64,000 nucleotides of DNA from Euglena gracilis (lineage: Eukaryota). Below the pieces are notes generated by a model. That model was not told the DNA's origin. It worked only from the letters and a program-made list of their open reading frames with translations, and searched no databases. Location of the stretch: positions 41,781,572 to 41,845,571 of the forward strand of contig CP154954.1 of the NCBI GenBank assembly GCA_039621445.1, written 5' to 3'. Shown here in pieces: positions 48,821-62,704 of the stretch. Position numbers and translations under genes: made by a program. Positions within the stretch are counted from its first letter, which is position 1. Each line of letters opens with the position of its first letter.

Positions 48821-49302
48821 CAGTCCCTGGGCGTAAATTTCCCCCCCCCCCTAGGGAGGGGTTTTTGGGCTCTTGACCAGGGGGGGGGAAATATTCGGCC
48901 GTTTCGGGCACTTCGTCCCGTCCCTTCTATTCTTTGAAGCCATGAAGCCGACCGGGATTCGGAATTCATTTGCCGTATGTTGTGGGGTTGTTATGGTATA
49001 TTCCCGAAAACCTCTGTTCAGGGCGGTGGGTCTTATTGATAGATACATGCCGGGGATGGTTCAATGGACAAAAAAACCCAAAAGATGCCAAGTCCTCGAC
49101 CCAGGGGCCATGCAAGTGGTGAAGCTGTGCTGCCCTTGCATGTACAAAAAAAAATCCCAACCCACCTGCCTTAGCTGTTCCTCTGGGGCTGAAGGGGGGG
49201 GGAAAGTTTTCGCCCGTTTCGGAGCCTTTTGCAAAACCAGGAAAATTCCCAAATTTCAGGGGGGGAAATTTTCGGGGGGGGACAATTTACGCAGAGGGAC
49301 TG
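48821..49302. mobile_element. Tc1/mariner-type MITE with TA flanks, inside E3
   Basis: ta|cagtccctgggcgtaaatt ... aatttacgcagagggactg|ta. Confidence 0.7.
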
Positions 49303-50990
49303 TAAAAAGAAAGTGCCGCCCCCCCCTACCCACCGCATATCCACAAACGTTCCACATGCGGTAGGGGTAACAAGTAGCTTAACAACCAATCGTTTCACTG
49401 GGTTCCAAGACGAAAGCCCTAAGGCCTGAAATTAGAATGGTTTCGAGTAGTCTCCCAGCTGCTTTCATTTTTCGTTTTCCACCAGGTTTGTCGATTGCAG
49501 GCAATCCTGTACACCCCCCGCAGCTAAAATTCGCATACAAATTTTCTTACACACTCCACCCCCCCAGACCAACATGCGCGACAAGGACAACTACTCAGCA
49601 CCTCACCCAAAGGTGTGCACTCTAGGAGAAATTTCCACACAACCAACAACCAAACACAAAAGGAAATAACTGAAACTAAACTAACCACCACCCTCGCGCC
49701 CATGGCGCCCCCGCCACTCAAGCGCCTATGGCCCCCCCACACGCCTTTGGCGCCTGCCTGCGCATCAAATTGTGTATAGCACAGACGCTGCGCCTATGGC
49801 GCCACCCACCCTCGCGCATAGCACAAATCTTGCGCATAATGACCCCCACCCCCCCGCGCGCTATAAGGCGCCCCCAAAAACCGCGCCGAGGTAGCTCACA
49901 CCCCCGCGCATATTGCGCTCCCCACGCGCATAGCGCTCATCTCGTGCATATTGTATTGCACACCGCGCCTAGCGCACACCTCCCCACCGCGCATATTGCA
50001 TTGCGCAGCCAGCAAACAACCCCCCCCCCCCCCCAAGATGCGCCCCCCCCGCCCACCCGCGCATAGTGCCAATCTCGCACAATTGCGTATATCTTACAAA
50101 CGGGTATCTGCCAAACCCAACCATATTATTTTGGGAATAAGTCCCAAAGATGTTTGTGTACATATTTCACAATGGCATTTTTGTTGTTGATTTGCAAACC
50201 ACATGCTCAAAATGCAGATTTGGTTTACTTAAGCAACAAAAGTAGCCATCCCCCCTTCTTTGACCACGAACTTGTTGGTCAAATTGGCGAACACCAAATG
50301 TGTTTGGATCATTCAAGCACACAGTTGCGCTCACTTCAAAGTTATTTGCAAAAACACAAGGTGTGTGATAAGTTTTTGGGATACATTGCAAATACTGCAT
50401 TTTTCCCATGAACTTGCACAGATTTGTGAAGAACAGCTATTTTGTGAATAAAATTTCTTATTGCAAAAGTGAATCCAGATAGGGAAATAAGTTGAATTCC
50501 TTGAGAAAATCTGCAACATAGTTGCCCCCCCCCCAAAAAAAAAGAAGAAAATTCATTCAAACATGCATTTTTTGTGGACTTGACCACTTAGCCTTAGGTC
50601 TGTGTGACCAATACACCCGATGATGTGCAAGGCCTATGGGCCATTACCCACGTGGTCCATGGGTCCATAGGACCAATTTGCACAAATTGCAAGGACCAAA
50701 AGGACCAAAGGTCCACAAATCCATATTATAAAGTTTAAAATCCATAGGACCTCAAAAAATGGCACAAAAAGCCATATTGCATTGCTGAAAGTGGCTGAGT
50801 TGGCTAAAACAAGCCAAAGAGGCTAGTTTTATGCAGATTTGCACAAGTGTCACTTTGGCATACCCTCAAAACCACCACAAAAAGCTTCAAAATTTCTGGC
50901 ACCTCGTAACATGAGGTTTTGACTGTATGTAGTAGTGCCTATGAGATAGGAACCAAAAGTTGTCTTTATAGAATAAATTATGGAAGCTTA

Positions 50991-52593
50991 CCGGGGATGA
51001 TCTAATTCCGGAGGTTTTTAATCCGGACGCTCAAATTCCGTTGGCCCAAAGGCCGGACCGGAATTTGTGATGCTGAACTTCGCGTTTTTTAAATTAGGCC
51101 TCGCCTGCTACAAAAAAAATGCCAGAAAGATGGGAAACAGAGACCAACAAGGTTGAGCGTGGATTACATGTAACTAGTCTAAAGTTTCACAGAATGCTTC
51201 ATCCCAGTTGATTCCTTCGTTAGGTGAAATAGTATTTTCGTGTTTCGGGCTGAGTGACCTGAGTCTGTTTCCCTGCCAGAACGATAGCCTGGGTGATTGA
51301 GGAGTTCAGAGTTGGTCCAGTTCACTGAAAGTCGATTTTGCAAATTTGAGTTTTTCGTCCTTTGCAGTGACAGGAAGCCAAGCTGCAGCCTGATACCAGT
51401 TTTAATCTGATTCCTCCCCAGTGAACCGCAGAAAACACCTCTGGTTGACCTTCCAACCTTCAAAGATCGAAAAGATATGGCCAGTTCAAAGTTATGGCAT
51501 GTTGAGTGAATGATGCTCATTTAGGTTCATTTTTTGGTTGAGGAATGTGAGCCACAGGCATTTAGTTAAGTTAATTTTCTCTCAGCCAATTCACTTGTTG
51601 ACTTTAAAATGCAAGGGAGGAGACAGACTTGAGGGAGGAAGGTTTTCCTTCTTTTTTTCCCCACAGGACATTGAGATTGAGACAGAGTTAATTTCAATTG
51701 AAAGAGTTCACAACGTTGAATTCGAATGGAAAGAAGTTTTGAGAATGACCAAATGTTTTGAGCACCTGAAACTTTGAAAAGTGGCAGTGAAGTCAATTGA
51801 AGGTGTGCCTTTTTTTATTCGGCTGAGAAGCAAGTTCCGGCAAGCAAGGATTCCACCTTAATTGATTTGCGCGGCCTTGTGTTTTCTTCCTCCGTGTTTC
51901 TTTGTGCGTTAGTTTTAGTTTTTTGTAGGGTTTTCTAATGGACTTTTCCAAAAAATGAAACTTCAACTTCTAAGTCAACTCCCACAGGTTGAAATGGACT
52001 TTTTTGAAAACCCGGTTTTGGCGCAAGGAGGCCGAATGCCCGAAATGTTATGCAAAAACATCTGGCAAAAAAATCAGCTGTTATTTTTATGGGTGGTTTA
52101 AGCCTTTCAAAGGGAGGGGTGGGGGTTTTTGAGGTCAAGGAATCCCAACAACCCTGTAACCAGCAGCCGAAACCAATTTTTTTTTGGATTCATTTACCCC
52201 CCCCCCCTAGTCGTATGACCACCCCTCATTTATGACCACCCCCCGGTCACAGGTTGCAGGTCATGGGGGTGTTATGACCACCCCCCCCCGGTCACAGGTT
52301 GCAGGTTGCGAAAAATTTAACAACACCTCACGGACAACCGCCGCCTCGTTTATGACCAGCCCCCGGTCACAGGTTGCAGGAACCCGGTCATACGACTAGG
52401 GGGGCGGCACTGACGACGAACTCGCGGGGGAACCAAAAAAATGTTCCAAAAAGGATGCCACGCTTTTTGCGGTCGTTTCACGAAATGCAAACCTGCGTGC
52501 TCTGGGCGGTGTAACATATCGGCGTCCGTTTGAAATGTCGACCGAAATTAATGTCGTCCGGAATAAGAGCCGCCGGAATTAGGTCGTCCCCGG
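50991..52593. mobile_element. Tc1/mariner-type non-autonomous element with TA flanks; contains a nested MITE at ~52197-52407
   Basis: ta|ccggggatgatctaattccgg ... ccggaattaggtcgtccccgg|ta; inner ccccctagtcgtatgacc / ggtcatacgactaggggg. Confidence 0.7.
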
Positions 52594-54910
52594 TATAGCC
52601 AAAGCTCACTCACACAGGCAAAAGATCAAAGACGTATCTCAGCGCATGTAGCTGGCCGATAGGCCATGTTACCCCTCGTTCGAAAGCTCGTTCGATGAGC
52701 CGTCCAGCGGTGCAAACAGATCGCTGTAACTCTGCACGGTACTCTTATTTGAGGAGATCGTGAAAAATTGAATTAAGCCCAGCCAATCCGGCCAAAAGCC
52801 AAATTATGGGCCAGATCTTGTACGATCGTGTACCAGACTGGCAAATCAGCCTGAAAGGCTTCTATACTGTTCCCCACAACGTTTCTGATGGCTAATTACC
52901 ATTGGTTACCAGATGGGCTAATGGCCATTTTTTAGTACCTTTGGCAGCATTCTGCCCATTACCCCCTCTGTATGGGCTATTAGGCCTGGTACAGTTCAGA
53001 GGGCTATAGCCCACAATTTGGAGCCATTTCGACTCACTAGAATCATTTTTAGGATTACTTATGTGCAAATTTTCATTCAAATCATTGATTTTCTGCAATT
53101 TTTGGTGATTTTCCCCTATTCTGGCACTCATATCCCTAATGGGAGTGATCTTGAGGCACTATGCCAGAGTGGAATGCAAAGGGATATGCTGATAATGGCA
53201 ATTTTTTCTTTGCTCAAGATGTCATAGACATGTTTACCTGTATTTTCAAGCGTATGTTTGCTTTTTTGCGATATTTTTGCACAATTTTAGAGCTTTTTGG
53301 GTGATGTGGTGTTATTAGACACCCAAATCCCAAAATCTATATACAACAGCAAACATGCAGTGTTATTGGACACTCCAAACAAGCACTATGTGCACTTGGC
53401 ACATTTACAGTCTTAAATGACTCAAAATGCAACAAAGTTGCACTTTTGGTTACAAAAATGCAACTCTCGACGCAGAATCGGCATTTATGCCCTAAATCCT
53501 GATAGGGATTTCCCTAAAAATCTGACAAAAGTCAGTATTTCTCAGTGGCATAGTCACTAATGATGAGATTTTGTCATGTTTGCAGTATTTTTTTCTGCTT
53601 TTTACACCAATGGCATTCTTGCCCCACCCCCCTCACTTTATTTAGTGCGATCCCCTTACCGATATAATTCGGAGGACCCAATGGTCATCATCTGCAGCAC
53701 CAATGGTGTCATTCTGCAAGGTTTATAAGAACCATAGCTCAGAAATGGTGAAATCCAGCTTTTTTTTCTTGTGCGCAATATGGGGATACCCACAATTTTT
53801 CATAATCACACTTTGCTTTTGGAGGTATCATGGCTCTGATTTTACTGAAAGGTCCAGAGTGATGAATTTCACCGCACTGGAACCATGTCACATCCTTTTA
53901 TGTGCATTCACAGTTCATTCATTTGCGGTTTTTCAAAGTGGTATAAGCCACTCCAACCACAGTTGTTCTGTGAATTGGCAGCAGCCTGCCACGACTCCGC
54001 ATTTTTTCTGCGGTTGTATACCTCAGTATGATCTTTTGGCAATATGCCGAATTTTTTTGATTCGGGTATACACCCAGTAGTATTTTTGTGCCATGCATAT
54101 TCCGCAAGGCAATGTTTCTCGGCGATAAAGCCTACCCCCCCATTATTTTTGGCTAATGCCAACCGTTCAGCCTACAGGCTGCACACCCAAGACACAACTG
54201 CCAAATCTACAGTTTTTATGGCTACTGCCCGCTATTATGAGGTATACGCCTCTGGGGATACCCCATCGACAACATCGTGCTCGCGCTGCATTGTGAAGAC
54301 TTCACAGCGGTATATGCCGCAGTAAGAAGACGCACAGCGTACAGCGCGCACACCGTAATAATAGGGCCAACTTGTTACTTTTCGGACTTAAGGCCCCCAT
54401 AAGACTGCCAGACAGCAAATTTTCTTTATAAGGTCTTTAGACCAGCCCCCCACTCCACTCCCCTTTCCCCCCCCGGGAAAAATCGCTGTCGCCGGCAGTT
54501 GGTTTTGTAAATAGGGTTTCTTCCCTGGTCAGGTATGACTGGCCAGGTGCCCCCTCCTTCCACACCCACCCGAGAATTCGTTTTCCGATCACGGAATACA
54601 CCACCCCAAGTGCCATAGGCACACCCAAACCTGGGAGGATGGGATTTCTGGAAAGAAAACCTTCCAGCCCCACTTTCCAAGTGGGCTCTTCCACTTCCAC
54701 CCCTTTGCCGCAATAAGTAGACACCGCATAAGCGGTTAACTACTTTTGCGCGTTCCTGCGTTATTTCGCACTTTCCTTCCCACACCCCTGGTGACAGGAG
54801 AACCAAAAGCCGCATACGGCTCTGTGACAGGTCCCCGTCCCCAGGACTGTGTCCGGCATTCCGACTGGCCTGGTCCAGTAGGGAAATCAGGCATAGCCCT
54901 GGGAGGGGGA

Positions 54911-55353
54911 TGTGTACCAGGCAGCCGTAAGGCCATGGTACTGTGTATGTAGGTATAAGCCTACGGCCAGATATAGCTCTGAGCCCCATACACAGTACTA
55001 TGCTAGGTGGTATTCCTAAAGATGGCCAACGGCCTGAATTAGGAATACCTAACCCTTATTCTGGTTCTCCTCTCCATAGGTGGTTTTCGTATTCTTATTC
55101 TTTTGTTTTCAGGTTTCATTAGCCCAAAAGGGCACATCAAGATTTGAAGATTTGAACTCCGAGTGGAGTACACTTGTGGAACTAGTTTCCCAAGAAACCT
55201 TCTGGTTTGCCTTGTGCTCTGCATAAGCCCAAAGGCAATAAAAACTAATATTTAAGTGAAAGACTTTCTTTTTGTTACTCTCCTGGTTCTGTTCCCACGG
55301 GAGAGTGTAAGTAGGCCGACAGGCAGTGGGAATAGAGTCAGGGGACGTACACT
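54911..55353 (+). repeat. E3 3' LTR
   Basis: Direct repeat of 44455-44897, preceded by the PPT. Confidence 0.92.
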
Positions 55354-55933
55354 AATGTCCGTGTAATACACCAAACCGGTCATCATCGCCTGGGTGCACA
55401 TACACCACAGGGCTGGAGGGGTATTCGCGATGTTCAAAATTTGACGACAGTGGTCATCCCACAATACCTGTGTGAGGTGGTGTGGTGCCGGGTTTGCGCT
55501 CATACGCGTCACCCGGTTCATCTTCTCCGCCGTGCGGTGGAACATCACACCCGCATACGGTGGGAGGCGACGAGAGCCTGATGGCTGAGATGATCGCGCT
55601 TCCGCGGGCATCGGGGTCAACCTGGTACTGCTGCTGGCTTCAGGGTTTCCCTGAGCCGCAGTCCGTGCAGGTGGCTGCGTACCGTATCGGTACGCATACT
55701 GGTCAGGTGGAGGGTGAGTGGTGGGGTGGTAAGGCGGTCCTCCGCCTGGCTCCCTTCCACCGGGCAGCATGATACTGCCCGGGGTCGGTGCGGTGGGATG
55801 GTTAGGTTGTTGGTTGTGAGGTGGTAAGGGTAACCGCTGGACTATTGTCTGGTGAAAAGAATTCTGCGGAAAGAAAGAATGATAAGGATCAATAGTAAAA
55901 GAAAAGAAAACAACATGGGTTTCCCATGCGTTC

Positions 55934-57965
55934 TCAAAAACTTGTCATGGAAACATCAATGTTATGCTTCTTGTTCCACAGCTTCCAATCTTGCTGGACA
56001 TACCCAACAAACCTGGTTCCTGGCTCCCAAGGGTCCTCCTCGGGCCCATACCCTTTCCAGCGGACCTTCCAAAGGTGCATACCTTTGTCGATTTTGTGAT
56101 CGAAAGTTTTATCGACTACAAAGTCGTCCGTCTCAGGTAATCTGGAACGGGGCTGGAAGTGTAGGCACGGGATGGGTTTCCCATCCGGCGGAGACAAGTG
56201 TGGCTTGAAGTCGTCCATATGAACGTCCTCAACACCATTCGGTAATGCAATCTTGTATCGCCCGCTGGTACCTAGTCTTTCTAGGATTTCACAGGGGCCG
56301 AGCCAAAGGGGGTCCAGTTTGGAAGACTGCATGCGAGTACGGCTATTCCGCACCCACACGCGGTCACCGGGACTATACACAGGTGACTTGAAAATTTGCA
56401 AATACGATTTCCGTTTAGTTGCATGAATATCAGTGACTCGCTTCTGGACTGCAGAACGTAGATTTTCTACTTCCGCAAACCAGGTCTCGCAACTGACACT
56501 CGTTCGGGCGGGTCTCTCCAAAGGGAGATCCCCTATGGCCGGAGGGTCCCGTCCGAAAACTAATTTATAAGGGGAGTGGGGCAAAACCAACCGTGTTAAG
56601 GTATTGATATAAAACAAAGTCCATGGTAGCACTGATATCCAGTTGCTGCGCGAGTCAGCCAGTGAAAGGCGAAGCATATTCACGACGGATTTCACGGCTG
56701 CCTCGGCTCTACCATTGCCTTTGTCGGTATATAATGGAAACATGTTGCTCAATTCCGAGTAAACCGCACAAAGTGGTGAAAAACCTTGAAGAAATCAAAT
56801 GGTCTTGATCACTCACAATTTCATTCGGTAAACCCATCAAACAGATACATTTCTCCAAAAATGTAGTTGCCAAACTTTGGGCAGTCAACCCTGACTTCTG
56901 GCATGGAAAGGCTACAATGTACCCACTCAGCCTGCAGACGACAACAAAAACGTAATCGTAAATTTTGTCGTCCGTTCCTTTGCACGGTTCTAATTCCAGA
57001 AAATCCATGCAGAGGTCCTTGCTTCCACGTCGGCATCTTCCACGCCCTGGTGCGACCAGGAATAGTTGTGAAACGGGAAAAGAATCCAAAAGATTGCCCG
57101 CACCGTCGTTTCGACGTGCGTACTCGTCAGCTTCATGACTTCCATGAAAAGTCGTGTCTCCCTCATTCGGGTTCCCAGGGAAATACCAAGGGGCCCGACT
57201 GAGCGAATCCGCTACTTTCTGTGTGTGACCAGGGGTATAAATAACCAAAAGGTTGAATTAACTCAAGAACTCATGCCATCTGCAACGCCTTCCGACCGAT
57301 GACATGGCCTTGTTCAAATCCTCGGTGTACCAGTGTTGGAGACTCTCATGATCGGTCTTGACGAGGATCTGGACGAGGCTGCTGCCGACCAAGCTTCGAA
57401 ATTTCTGGAGTATAAGCACGATTGCGTAGGTTTCCTTTCCTTCTTGCGTATACTTCACTTAACTTTACCTTTACCGTCGTCGCCCTGTAGCTTTCTGCTG
57501 AATAAAGCCACAGGTCGGAGTTCGTTCGCCGCGTTTTGCTGGCTAAGAACTCCGCCAACAGCGTAATCGCTGCTGTCGACTTCCAGGACATATGGTTTGC
57601 ACGGGTCCGCGATTTCGAGGACAAAATTCTCTAAAAGCAAACCTTGATTCTCTCATGGGCGTCTCCCATTTGGTCATTCCAAATGACTTTGGTGTTGTCA
57701 ACAGCCCGTTTTTGAGCTGTTTGGTGAGGCGCACCACGATTTTGGCGCAGTCCCTGACATGTATCACGTAGTATTGGGCTAATCCCAAAAATCCTTTGAG
57801 GTGAGTAATCGTTTTGATTACCTCAGGGGTCCATTTCTTCGTGGCTTCGAGTTTGCTCGGAGCGGCTTTCCGCTGTCCATTGCTGAGGATGTGCCGCAAA
57901 ATTTTATAATCTCGCGAAACAAATCATTTTCGCGGAACCTTTGTGTTCTGAAATGGGTTGCAGCC
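55934..57965 (-). pseudogene. E1 pol remnant: RT C-terminus, RNase H, integrase, chromodomain
   Basis: LKGFLGLAQYY, VLEVDSSDYAVGGVLSQ, KTDHESL, VADSLSR, CMDFL, IVSDQD, NGRAEAAVK, WLGPCEI, WKVRWKGYGPEEDPWEP; many frameshifts and a deletion between RNase H and the integrase core. Confidence 0.9.
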
Positions 57966-58563
57966 ATTGAGGATGGGTTGGCCCGCCGGAACCTTCCCCC
58001 CTCTTGGAGGGTTGGGCCGAGTGGGCAGCCCCCTAGGGATTTTTTTAAGTTTGGACCCCCGGGGGGGGGGAGGGTGGGTGGGTCCGGCCGACCCCCCCCC
58101 CCCCCCCCGAGGGGGGGGGGATATACTTTTCGGCGCCACAGGCGCCGAAAAAATTCTATTTTTAGCACTTTTCGCGATTTTTCGGCCATTTTTTGTGGGT
58201 CCCCCGGGACCCCCTCCCCCCCCCCCCGGGCCTCCCCAGGGGGGGGGTGGGGGGGGGGGGCCCCCCTCCCCCCCCCCGGTCTTAAAAAAACCCCCGGGCC
58301 CCCCCCCCCCTCTGGATGGCGATCATCCTCTGTGTGAATTGAATATATTTGGACCGTTGCCACGTGGATAAGGAGGGAAAAGGTTGGTTTGGACGTGGCC
58401 ATGGCCTCTGAACCACATCATATTTTATGATGACCAGCTCCATCTTGAAAAGACATGATGCTTGTTGATACACCTTCACTGCCTGATCTTTCACTGTCCG
58501 ATGGGGGGAATGACTGCTCTGGAATGGGCTTTGGATTTCTTTGGTCAAAATGTGTTCCCTCAG

Positions 58564-58632
58564 GATGCTTTGTCCGAGGTGCCCAAGTCCCAGTTCCCGG
58601 AGGTGTTTGCCAATTTCAAGGGGAGCACTGGT
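58564..58632 (+). CDS. psaD: Photosystem I subunit II (PsaD), internal exon
   Basis: After ttccctcAG: DALSEVPKSQFPEVFANFKGSTG, matching the PsaD F-x-GSTG motif. Confidence 0.8.
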
Positions 58633-59136
58633 GCTCAGGGTTTATTTCACAGGGCTGCAGGGAGTTATTTTTTTCAACGATTCTCCCATGTTGTTGTTTT
58701 GTTCTGCAGTTTCAATGGCTCATTTTGTTTCGGGCGCTTTTTCTGTGGATCCATTTCAATTTTATTTTTATTGCTAGCAATATTTTTGTTGTCCGTTTGA
58801 TGGTTTTTTTATTAGAACGTGTAATTAATTCACCAACCCCAGTCAGGCTTCTAAAGCCTGGAAGACCCCCTGGGGGTCCGGGCCTTGTCAGAAGGCCTGA
58901 GTATGGGTTTTGGTGCGAAGCAGCGGATATCTGGGAAATGTCTTTACCTATTTGGGTCCCCCCTGGGGTCTAAAAAAAAGACGCCTGGCCGCAGTTTTAA
59001 GCGGCGCATGACATTTGTATGCCGAACTTTTTCATATGGTGTTTTTTCCTTCACCCACACCATAATTGTTTCAAAATTATGCCACAGAGACAGCATGGAA
59101 TTATACAGCGGTGAATTCTCAACAAACTCTGTTTGC
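58633..59136 (+). other. Euglenid nonconventional intron in psaD (504 bp)
   Basis: gctCAGggtttatt ... aacaaactCTGtttgc; ends pair. Splicing gives [16 protein letters not shown], collinear with GSTGGLL..A..EE.Y. Confidence 0.8.
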
Positions 59137-59221
59137 ACCCTGTTGGGAGCGGCTGAGAAGGAGGAGAAGTACGTGATTACCTGGACCAGCTCCAAGAAGC
59201 AGATCTTTGAGCTGCCCACAG
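59137..59221 (+). CDS. psaD: PsaD exon
   Basis: [29 protein letters not shown], then a GT donor at 59222 (GT-AG intron 59222-61635). Confidence 0.9.
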
Positions 59222-59385
59222 GTGTTTTGTTTGGCAACCCCCTTGCCCGATGAGGGGGGGTCCAGTCAGCCAGCCCTTTTTCCCCCTGGCACCTCTCCAG
59301 TGCCAGGCTGTGGAACCCACGAATAAAGTTGGGGAAAAGGAAATTTGGGAATGTTTGGCGTTGGTACACCCCTCCACCTGTGTAC

Positions 59386-59803
59386 TACTAAACCCCCCCT
59401 AATAAGTGCGCAGTGCCCTAATAAGTGCGCACCCCCCAAAGGGTCCGAAACTACCTCCCAAAAAGTGCGCACCCCCCTGAAAGGAGAGATCATTGTCGCA
59501 TCTCAGGTCGGAAAGCACACAGAATTCTCAGAGCTGTCCTTCTCGGACCAAATATTTCTATCGTCCAAGCCCAAATATTTCTATCGTCCAAGCCCAAATT
59601 TGACACATTTGACACATAATCACTTGACTCATAGCTTGAATTCACAAAACTGGGGGGGAATTGAAAAGGCGTGGGGGTAATGTCAGTATTTTTGGTTTTG
59701 CCCAAAAAAGTGTGCACTGCCCTAATAAGTGCGCACCCCTTGGTGTCCGAAACTACGTCCTTAAAATGTGCGCACCCGTGCACTTATTAGGGGGGGGTTA
59801 CTA
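59386..59803. mobile_element. MITE inside a psaD GT-AG intron
   Basis: aaccccccctaataagtgc / gcacttattaggggggggtt inverted ends with TA-containing termini. Confidence 0.65.
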
Positions 59804-61370
59804 TTTTTCTACGATTATTTACCGACCAGGACTGTCTGGGGCATCAAGGGTTCGACGTGAGGAGGGCGTACGGGGTTTCAGGGGGGCCCTCCTGACCAGG
59901 GGGGGGGACAGTCCGGACCCCCCCCCCCCCCCTGCTGAGGCTGTGCGGGAACCCCCATGGGTGGTAGGTGGGGGGGTCGACCCCCCCCCCCCACCCAGGC
60001 ACCTATGGCCGACCAGGGCCGACTATGATTTTCAGGACCCCGTAGGTGGGGGTTCCGACCAGGGCCGACCAGGGCCGACTTGCATGTGATTGGCCGACCG
60101 AAGGGGAATGGATGAAGGACTTACGCAGCTTTCCCTCTGAACCAAGCTCCTTTGATGATGCTGGGCGGTGCTGGGCGATGCAGGACGATGCTGGCCCGGC
60201 AGCATCGACCGCGGGTTACCGCGGGTTTCAGGACTGTCATAGGTGGGTTGCCGACCGCAGCCGACCACAGCCGACCGCACCCGGCCGTGCAACTTTTTTT
60301 CTGATTGATGTCATTTTTTCAGTGAGAATGAGGAATTTTATCCCAGATTTTGAGATTTTTCTGGCTCGTCTGGCTCATGTTGTCACTTTTGGCTACTTTT
60401 GGCCGCTTTTGGCCATTTTAGGTCGCTTTTGTCCCCTTTTGGCCCATTTGTCACCATAATTCACCAATTTCGACCTATTTTGACCATTTTTTGCCAGTTT
60501 TTGCGCATTTCTTGTAATTTTGGGCCATTTTGTCCTGCTCTGGGGCCATTTTTGACCATTTAAAGCCATTTTCGACCTTTTTTTGTTATTTTTCCCATTT
60601 TTTTGGTCTCTTTTGGTCCAATTTGACCATTTTTGAGCATTTTGTGCCAGTATATTGTATATTTTGAAGAACTCAACCCATTTTTGGATAATTTCCCCAA
60701 AAAATCTCCAGTTTTACACCCATTTTGGCCATTACGGATCAGTTTTTGCTAATTTGGGGGCCATTTGTCACTGATTTGGCAAATATTGGGCTAATTTGGG
60801 TCAATGTGAGCATATTTTATGGCATTTTGGCCATTTTACGCCCTTTTGGTAATTTTGGGTCATTTTTCACAATCTTTTTTTCTGTGACGATACCCCCACC
60901 TATGGCCGACTATTTGCCGACCAGGGCCGACCAGAGCACCAAAATGGGAAGTGACCATAGGTGCCTGCCCCCACCCCCAGAGGTCCGACCCCCCCCCCCC
61001 ATTCCTTAATTCTTAATTCCGGGGGCGCCGATTTTTGGTGAAATTTTTTTCATCGTCATAGGAATGTGCGGGTGCCATGGTGCCATGGTGGGTGGGAGTC
61101 CCCACCTCCCAGGTGGGGGGTTGACCCCCCCCACCAGGTGTTCCCGCACAGCTTTGCCCCTCCAATGGGTCAAATTTTCTTTCCGGTTCTTCGCGGCGAA
61201 AATTTTGGGCATTTTTGATTTTTTTTTTGCCCAAAAAGTGATTTTTGACCATTTTGGAGGGTCAAAAATTCTCGGTTGGGCGCTTGGTGCCAGGCCGCAG
61301 ATCAGTCACATGGACGGACCAGCACTGGGTGAGGGGTGGGGGGTGCCCCCCCCCCCCGGACTGGGTCTGA

Positions 61371-61994
<624 letters not shown>

Positions 61995-62029
61995 TGAGAA
62001 ACGCTCCAATTTCCTGTTGATTTTCCCAG

Positions 62030-62068
62030 GTCAATGCTGGTCGGCAGCAAGCCAACCACAATGCACGC
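62030..62068 (+). CDS. psaD: PsaD 39-nt exon
   Basis: After ttttcccAG: VNAGRQQANHNAR. Confidence 0.88.
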
Positions 62069-62704
62069 AGCCAGAGCTCACAAGAGCACCCAAGAGCACA
62101 CACAAGCACCCTATAGCACCCATCCGACCCCCCCCCCCCCGGGGGTAGATGTTCCCCTGGGCTCCTGTCATGCTTGTGCTTACCGACCGGGGGGTGGGGG
62201 TGCCATAGGGTGCCTGCCTTTAGCAGGCACCCCCCCCCCCGGGGGGGGGTCCGTGGGGGACGCAGAAAATTTTCATTGAAAATGGCCTTTTCCAGGCCCC
62301 CGGCGCCGAGGTCGGGGGGGGGGAGTACCTGGTATGGGCAGGCACCCCCAAGAATCCTCCGAGGCGGGAGGATTTGAATTGGACACGGCAACCACGTGCC
62401 CATCCATTCCCAGGGTCGCGTGCACAGCCAAAAGGACGGGTAAAAGGAAGCGGAATTGTTGAGGGTTTTCATTTTGACCCCCCGTGTTTGGGCAGTTCTC
62501 TGAAAAAGATGCGGGAGAAAATAATCTGGGAGAAAGTTGCAGCTTCAAGGACCTTTTCTCACCTCTTTTGAACAAATTCTGGGAGCCGGAGTTTTTTCAG
62601 GAGTCCCAATACCCGGTGATTTTGCAAAAAAAAATCCACCATTTGTCCACCGGAAATTTGTTTGGACCCCTCCTGCAAGCCATGGTCTGGTGGGCGCTGC
62701 GGGC
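62069..62704 (+). other. Euglenid nonconventional intron in psaD (636 bp)
   Basis: agcCAGagctcacaagagca ... tggtctggtgggcgCTGcgggc; 17-nt imperfect terminal complementarity; in-frame junction NAR|SIG. Confidence 0.88.

Larger units (their letters stand above)
44455..55353 (+). mobile_element. LTR element E3, gag-only (no pol recognised)
   Basis: 443-bp LTRs (about 7 substitutions by eye), TSD AATGT (44450-44454, 55354-55358), PBS TGGTAGCAGA at 44898 (initiator-Met type), PPT gggaggggga at 54901-54910. Confidence 0.9.
28869..57965 (-). mobile_element. Decayed chromodomain Ty3/gypsy element E1 (5'-truncated), host of nested insertions
   Basis: Pol fragments at 57965-55934. The downstream ORF reads in frame across the E3 site (YYTDI|TMRDL) and the E2 site (RDWV|APDF) once one TSD is removed. 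Polypurine tract gggaggggga then TGTGTACC starting at 29566 on the minus strand. Confidence 0.7.

Noticed and set aside
59140-59147. Alternative psaD intron end using the CTG at 59140
   Set aside because: Gives a frameshift and immediate stop; the CTG at 59129 gives an in-frame, collinear PsaD and good end pairing.
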